Assembly (NCBI GenBank): GCA_963696385.1
Contig: CAVOKF010000004.1
Span: forward strand, 736,001 to 800,000
Source: an uncultured delta proteobacterium
GTDB taxonomy: Bacteria; Myxococcota_A; Polyangia; Polyangiales; Polyangiaceae
DNA length: 64,000 nt
Direction: 5' to 3'
The position numbers and the translations under genes are program-made. Each line of letters opens with the position of its first letter. Positions within the stretch are counted from its first letter, which is position 1. Below, piece after piece: positions 58,836 to 64,000 of this stretch. The notes below the pieces were generated by a model. It was given only the letters and a program-made list of their open reading frames with translations. It was not told the DNA's origin and did no database searches.

Positions 58836-61800
58836 TCAGGCCTCCACCGGCTCCGCGGGTCCGTCGCCTCCGTGACGCGCCCTCCAGTCCTCCAGCCAGT
58901 GATGCGCCAGCACCAAGAGCGGCGGCTGCAGGATGCGCGTGAGAGCCGCCAGAATGAGCGACCCGCCGATGACGACGATGGCCAGCGGTTTTTGGGTTTG
59001 CGCCCCGATGCCGTTCGAAAGGGCCGCCGGCATGAGACCGAGCATCGCGACGAGAGTCGTCATGAGCACGGGTCGGAACCGCTTCTCGGCGGCCTCGCGC
59101 GCGGCTTGCTCGATCGAGTGACCTTCCGTGTTGCGAAGGCGTTGAAAGTACGTGACGATGAGAATGGCGTCTTGAATGGCGATTCCGAAGATCGAAATGA
59201 ACCCCATGGCCGCGGAGACCGAGAAGGTCGTTCCCGTGATCAGCAGAGCGAGCACCCCGCCGGTGCACGCGACGGGGATGTCGATGAGAATGATCATCGT
59301 GTCCACCCAGTTGCCGACCGCAATGTAGACGACGAACCCGATGAGCAAGATCGTGAGGGGGATGATGATCATCAGGCGGTTCTCGACGCTGTTGAGCTCC
59401 TGGATCTCGCCCTCCCACTCGAGATGCATGCCGTACGGTAGGTGGACTTGCTCCTTGATCTTCTTTTGGGCGTCCGCGATGGCCCCGGCGAGGTCGCGGC
59501 CCCGAACGCCGAATTTCACCGGCGCGTAACGCTGCAGGTTTTCGCGATAGATGCTCGTCGGGCCCGTGACCTGCTCCACCGTCGCGATCTGCCCGAGCGG
59601 GATGTAAGCCCCGGAAGGCGTCGATACCGTGATTTCGCGTATCGCCTCGATCGAAGAACGGTATTTCTCCTGCCATCGCACCGTGAGATCGAAGAACTTG
59701 TCGCCTTCGTACACTTCGACAATCGGGCTGCCATTGCCGGTGAGTCCGCCGAGCGCCGACTGCACCACGTTGGCGGCGTCGCCGGTGTTGAGCCCGTAGC
59801 GGGCGAGCGCCTTTCTGTCCGGCGTGATCTTGACGTCCGGCTGCCCCAGCGACCGGAAGAGCCCGAGGTCCACGATGCCGGGCACCGTCCGCATGACGTC
59901 GACGACCTGTCCGGCCACCTTCTCGTTCTGATCGATGTCGCGCCCGAAGATCTTGACCGAGTTGGCGCCTTTGACCCCGGCGGTGGCCTCCTCGACGTTG
60001 TCGAGGATGTACTGCGAGAAGTTGAAAAGGGTGCCCGGAAACGCTTCCGACAGCTCACGGTTGAGCTCGTCGGTCAGCTTGTCCTTCGTCATGCCGCGCG
60101 GCCACTCGTCGAACGGCTTGAGCGGAGCGAAGAACTCGATGTTGAAGAACCCGGTGACGTCCGTGCCGTCGTCCGGGCGCCCGAGCTGCGAGATGACGGT
60201 GACGACTTCCGGATGCTTGCGGTTCGCTTCGGTGCACGCGCTCGTCGGATCGTCCGGACACCCGCGCAGGATTCGGCGCATTCGCGTCGTGTACTCGGCC
60301 GACTTTTCCAACGAAATCGACATCGGCATCGTCGCGCGGATCCAGAGATTGCCTTCCTCGAGCTTCGGCATGAAGTCGCGCCCGAGCAGGGGGAAGAGCG
60401 CGACGCACGCGAAGATGGGAATCGCCCGAAAGACCAGTGCCGTCTTCGGCCTGCGGAGCGCAGCGTCGAAGAAGGGATTGTAGACCTTGTGAAGAAAGTG
60501 CATGACGAAGTTCTCTTTTTCCTCGTGCTGTGCGGGGACGAATTTCGCGGCCAGGACGGGTGTCAAGGTCAGCGCAAACAGGATCGCTCCGGCGATCGCC
60601 GTCGCGTAAGTCCGCGCCATGGGCCCGAAGATGGCGCCCGGCACGCCGACCAACGTGAACAGCGGCAGGAATGCCAGGCCGATGATGAGCGTCGAGTACG
60701 TCATCGGCGTGCCCACTTCGCGTGCGCCCGCGAGCACCCGCTCGTTCATCGTGCCGCTTCCACTGGGGCCCAGGCGCCGGAAGATGTTCTCCATCATGAT
60801 GATCGTCGAGTCGACGACGATGCCGAAATCGACGGCTCCGAGCGACAGCAGGTTGGCCGACTGGCCCGTGGCGACGAGCGCGATGATCGCCACCGTCAAA
60901 GCCAGCGGGATGTTGAGCGCGGTGATGAGTGCGGCCCGGAAGTCGCTGAGAAAGAGCACCAGAACGAGCACGACGAGGCCCATTCCGATGAGGACGTTCT
61001 CGAGAACCGTGTGAATGGTCAGCTTCGTGAGTTCGCCGCGATCGTAGTAGGGCACGAGCTTCATGCCGGGCGGAAGCAGATTGTTCTCTTCGATGAACCG
61101 GACTTTCTCTTTGATTCCGGCGAGCGTCGGGTTGGCCTGGCCGGCGTAGCGCATCAGCACGATGCCCTGCACCACGTCGTCCTCGTCGTCGTGGCCCACC
61201 ATCCCGAGGCGCGGCGCGTATCCGACGGTGACGTCCGCGACGTCATGGACGCGGACCGGTGTGCCGGTGTTCAGGCCATTGGCGGTCGGCCCTTGCGAGA
61301 TGACGACGTCATTGATGTCGCTGAGCGGCGAGTCGAAATAGCCGAGCAGGCCGATCCCGCGAACGTCGTAGGACTGTTCGCCAATCGACAGACGCTGGCC
61401 GCCGACGTTTTCGTTGGCGTTCTGGAGAGCCGCGATCGTCTGGGTGAGCGTCACGCCGTGGCCGCGAAGACGGTACGGGTCGACGTCGACGTGGTACTGC
61501 TTGGTGGTCCCGCCATAGCTCGTCACGTCGATGACGCCTTGGACTTGTCGCCACTGGCGCTCCATGATCCAGTCCTCGGCGGTCTTCTTGTCGGTCAGCG
61601 TGTATCCCTTGCCTTCGAGCGTGTAACGAAACACCTCGCCGATGGCGTTCCACGGCGAAATTTGGGACGACAGACCGTTGGGCAGCTGGATCCAGGTCGT
61701 CATGCGATTGATGACTTCCTGACGGTCGGCCCAATAGTCCGTCCCCCACGCGAAATAGCACTTGATGTCGCTGAGACTGAAAAGCGATTGCGACCGGATG

Positions 61801-62042
61801 TACGTAAGCCCGCGCATCCCGGATAAGCCCACCTCCATCGGAATCGTGACGTAGCGCTCGACCTCCTCGGCGCTCCATCCCATCGGCTGGACCAGCGTTT
61901 CGACCAGCGGCGGGCAGGGGTTGGGGTACGCCTCGATGTCGAGCTCGGCGTACGCGATCGCGCCCCCGAAGATGACGAGCAGCGTGCTCGCGAGGATGAT
62001 GGGACGGAATCGGAGGGCAAACGCGACGACCCGTTGGATCAT
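58836..62042 (-). CDS. czcA: Heavy-metal efflux RND transporter (CzcA/CusA family), copy 3
   Basis: Same motifs; collinear and highly similar to copy 1. Confidence 0.93.
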   Translation of the reverse strand: MIQRVVAFALRFRPIILASTLLVIFGGAIAYAELDIEAYPNPCPPLVETLVQPMGWSAEEVERYVTIPMEVGLSGMRGLTYIRSQSLFSLSDIKCYFAWGTDYWADRQEVINRMTTWIQLPNGLSSQISPWNAIGEVFRYTLEGKGYTLTDKKTAEDWIMERQWRQVQGVIDVTSYGGTTKQYHVDVDPYRLRGHGVTLTQTIAALQNANENVGGQRLSIGEQSYDVRGIGLLGYFDSPLSDINDVVISQGPTANGLNTGTPVRVHDVADVTVGYAPRLGMVGHDDEDDVVQGIVLMRYAGQANPTLAGIKEKVRFIEENNLLPPGMKLVPYYDRGELTKLTIHTVLENVLIGMGLVVLVLVLFLSDFRAALITALNIPLALTVAIIALVATGQSANLLSLGAVDFGIVVDSTIIMMENIFRRLGPSGSGTMNERVLAGAREVGTPMTYSTLIIGLAFLPLFTLVGVPGAIFGPMARTYATAIAGAILFALTLTPVLAAKFVPAQHEEKENFVMHFLHKVYNPFFDAALRRPKTALVFRAIPIFACVALFPLLGRDFMPKLEEGNLWIRATMPMSISLEKSAEYTTRMRRILRGCPDDPTSACTEANRKHPEVVTVISQLGRPDDGTDVTGFFNIEFFAPLKPFDEWPRGMTKDKLTDELNRELSEAFPGTLFNFSQYILDNVEEATAGVKGANSVKIFGRDIDQNEKVAGQVVDVMRTVPGIVDLGLFRSLGQPDVKITPDRKALARYGLNTGDAANVVQSALGGLTGNGSPIVEVYEGDKFFDLTVRWQEKYRSSIEAIREITVSTPSGAYIPLGQIATVEQVTGPTSIYRENLQRYAPVKFGVRGRDLAGAIADAQKKIKEQVHLPYGMHLEWEGEIQELNSVENRLMIIIPLTILLIGFVVYIAVGNWVDTMIILIDIPVACTGGVLALLITGTTFSVSAAMGFISIFGIAIQDAILIVTYFQRLRNTEGHSIEQAAREAAEKRFRPVLMTTLVAMLGLMPAALSNGIGAQTQKPLAIVVIGGSLILAALTRILQPPLLVLAHHWLEDWRARHGGDGPAEPVEA

Positions 62043-62076
62043 GCGATCCGGTCTACTGCGCCAGGCGCCGCGTCGG

Positions 62077-62092
62077 ATGAATTCAACATTAA
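62077..62092 (-). promoter_or_regulatory. Conserved box upstream of czcA copy 3
   Basis: ATGAATTCAACATTAA. Confidence 0.6.
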
Positions 62093-62202
62093 AAGCGCTT
62101 CATGAAATACGCTTCAGGTTTCGCTTGAGCCCGCGCTCGAGCGAGGTCTTCATGAACGCAATATCAACAAGACATCAATAATTGCGAATTCGTCATACGC
62201 GC

Positions 62203-62218
62203 TGGCGCACTACGTGCT
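62203..62218 (+). promoter_or_regulatory. Sigma54 promoter of response regulator 2
   Basis: TGGCGCACTACGTGCT, ending 131 nt before GTG 62349. Confidence 0.7.
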
Positions 62219-62348
62219 CCGCGCGCTCGTTCGTGCACGCAGGACACACGCATGCCGGTATCCCTCTCCGTTCGCAGGGGCAGGTCGCCCCGCCGCGCGG
62301 GAATCGCTGCCGTGGTTTGTCGCGCTCCATTTGCACCCGAGGTGTGCG

Positions 62349-63077
62349 GTGAAGGTGCTCGTCTTGGAGGACGATCAGAAGTTGGCGCGCTTTCTCGCGC
62401 GCGTGCTCTCCGAGGAGGGGCTCGAAGTCGACCTCTGCGCGCGAGGGGTCGATGCCATAGTTCAAGCCCAAGGGGGCCTGTACGACCTGATCGTGTTGGA
62501 TTGGATGGTGCCGGAGACCGACGGGCTGGCCGTCTGCCGGGAGATTCGACGGTCCGGGGGTGTCGCGCCCGTCCTGATGCTGACCGCCCGCGGCGAGATC
62601 CGCGAGCGCGTCCTCGCATTGAACGCCGGTGCGGACGACTACATGGTCAAGCCCTTCGAGGTCGACGAGTTTGTCGCGCGGGTGCGCGCCCTGCTGCGCC
62701 GTCTTTCCGGATTTGCGGCACTGCGCTGCGGTGAACTCGAGGTCGACCCCGTGGCGCGCCAGGCCAAGCTGGCCGGCGCCGTTCTGACGCTGACCAACCG
62801 CGAGTACACGGTGCTATTCCACCTGATCCGTCGTGCCAACCATATCGTCAAGCGGTCCGACCTTCTGGCGCAGGTTTGGGGCATGCGCTTCGATCCGGGA
62901 TCGAACCTCGTGGACGTTCACATCAGCCGATTGCGCGAAAGGTTCGGTGATCACGCCTGGATGATCGAAACGGTGCGCGGAGTCGGCTATCGCTTGCGCG
63001 AGGCGGCGCCTGCAGGCGCCGAGGGAGCCCATTCGCAGTCCCCGGATCGCGTTCGCGGCTCGCCTGCCCATCGATAA
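62349..63077 (+). CDS. OmpR-family response regulator, copy 2 (no adjacent kinase)
   Basis: Paralogue of 30432-31100. Confidence 0.94.
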   Translation: MKVLVLEDDQKLARFLARVLSEEGLEVDLCARGVDAIVQAQGGLYDLIVLDWMVPETDGLAVCREIRRSGGVAPVLMLTARGEIRERVLALNAGADDYMVKPFEVDEFVARVRALLRRLSGFAALRCGELEVDPVARQAKLAGAVLTLTNREYTVLFHLIRRANHIVKRSDLLAQVWGMRFDPGSNLVDVHISRLRERFGDHAWMIETVRGVGYRLREAAPAGAEGAHSQSPDRVRGSPAHR

Positions 63078-63334
63078 CGGCCGAGCTCCAATGACCGGAT
63101 CCGCAGGGCCGCCGCGGGTTCGGCCTGGCCAGTGACGATGACGCCGATTTCGCAGCAACATCACGGCTCCTGCCTGGGTTTGACGCTCCCGGAGTACGAG
63201 CCCTGAGCTCGCCTCGGCGCTCGGGCGCGAGGGCTCGGCTCCTTGACACTCCACCGACCGCACATCAAGCTCCAGCTGCGTAACCCGGCGCGGTTGTGCG
63301 AGTGCGACAGCCCGATCCGCCGAAGGAGTTTCCA

Positions 63335-63661
63335 ATGATCCAATGGAGCGTGGTGGCGGTTGTCGGGTTTGCGGCCGCGGCGATGACGGGATGTGCCGCG
63401 CGGGCCCAGAACACGCAGGTCGCATGGGTCGAGTCTTGCGAGCAGGGTGCGTGGGCATCCCGGCAGGCATGTTCGGGGTTTTCGGCCCGATCGTGGGCTG
63501 ACCGCGGCCAGACGAGCGTTCCCGTCGGGACCGAATCCGGCAGCGCATACGCGATCCCGGGACCGGCAAGTGCGGCCCCCTCCTGTCCCGATGCCGAGGC
63601 CTCGCTGGCCTCTCGTGCGTCCTGCGGAGGGTATGCGGCTCTTCCGCTCGCGGATCGATAG
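63335..63661 (+). CDS. Small hypothetical lipoprotein
   Basis: AAGGAG RBS; MIQWSVVAVVGFAAAAMTGC; four further Cys. Confidence 0.5.
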   Translation: MIQWSVVAVVGFAAAAMTGCAARAQNTQVAWVESCEQGAWASRQACSGFSARSWADRGQTSVPVGTESGSAYAIPGPASAAPSCPDAEASLASRASCGGYAALPLADR

Positions 63662-63705
63662 GGCGGTCTCGGCGCGTGGGCTTCGGCCACGCCGACTTAC
63701 GCCCG

Positions 63706-64000
63706 CTACTCGCCGATCCCCAGCCCTCTCGTGAATCTCCGGGCCATGGCCTCCTCCTCGGCGTCCTTGTCGCCGGCGTGCCGCTCGTAGAGGCCGGATT
63801 CGTACGACAGAGCGTGAAACATCTCGTGGGCAAACACGGTCTCGAAGCGGCGGTTGGGTGTGCCGTCTTCGTTGAACACGTCGTTTCTCAAGTAGACGGT
63901 CTGCGTACTTCGCTGATGGTACCCCCATACGCGTGGAAGCGCGGATCCTGCGTGGGCAAAGCTTCGGCTCCGGAACCGCCAGGTGACGTCGTTCAGGTTT
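63706..64000 (-). CDS. HExxH metallopeptidase-like protein, C-terminal part; starts beyond the window
   Basis: VFAHEMFHALS followed by EE..A.RF. Confidence 0.6.
   Translation of the reverse strand, partial: NLNDVTWRFRSRSFAHAGSALPRVWGYHQRSTQTVYLRNDVFNEDGTPNRRFETVFAHEMFHALSYESGLYERHAGDKDAEEEAMARRFTRGLGIGE

Noticed and set aside
59442..61826. Long antisense and alternative-frame ORFs (for example 794 aa here, 725 aa at 9627, 624 aa at 31070 and 56541)
   Set aside because: Expected in high-GC DNA opposite or overlapping genes with strong codon bias; no recognisable motifs.
1..64000. rRNA, tRNA, CRISPR arrays, transposases, integrases, known metal riboswitches
   Set aside because: None recognised by eye; a covariance-model or HMM scan would be needed to exclude them firmly.

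Overview
High-GC window whose gene content (Cys-rich lipoproteins, a MYXO-CTERM-like tail, an FHA-sigma54 activator, a TonB-fused receptor) suggests a myxobacterium, probably Polyangiaceae-like; this is inference. The left ~26 kb is mixed housekeeping and accessory content: an NTT-like transporter, a methyltransferase, a secreted kinase-fold lipoprotein, an ECF sigma/anti-sigma pair, two PAP2 genes, ALDH and GMC oxidoreductase, a Fur-boxed TonB-dependent receptor, MFS and NCS2 transporters, zwf and a hybrid kinase. From ~26.5 kb to ~63 kb is a metal-homeostasis region built by repeated duplication. It holds three CzcA/CusA-type RND genes (one frameshifted), three membrane-fusion proteins, one TolC, two SbtB/PII-like genes, two OmpR regulators and one kinase, an atypical P1B-ATPase, SmtB-type and Fur-family regulators, and a TonB-receptor/two-lipoprotein uptake operon. 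The DNA also shows structure not in the ORF track. A fossil third copy of the [PII-like <- czcA <- promoter -> response regulator] module lies at ~41.8-42.2 kb with its regulatory motifs intact. A decayed tolC end precedes the third MFP. A sigma54 promoter, a leader hairpin and a box are conserved at near-identical spacing in all three module copies. Paired-Cys insertion loops occur in all three pump component types. No rRNA, tRNA, CRISPR array or transposase was recognised. All family calls are by-eye motif recognition, with no database search.
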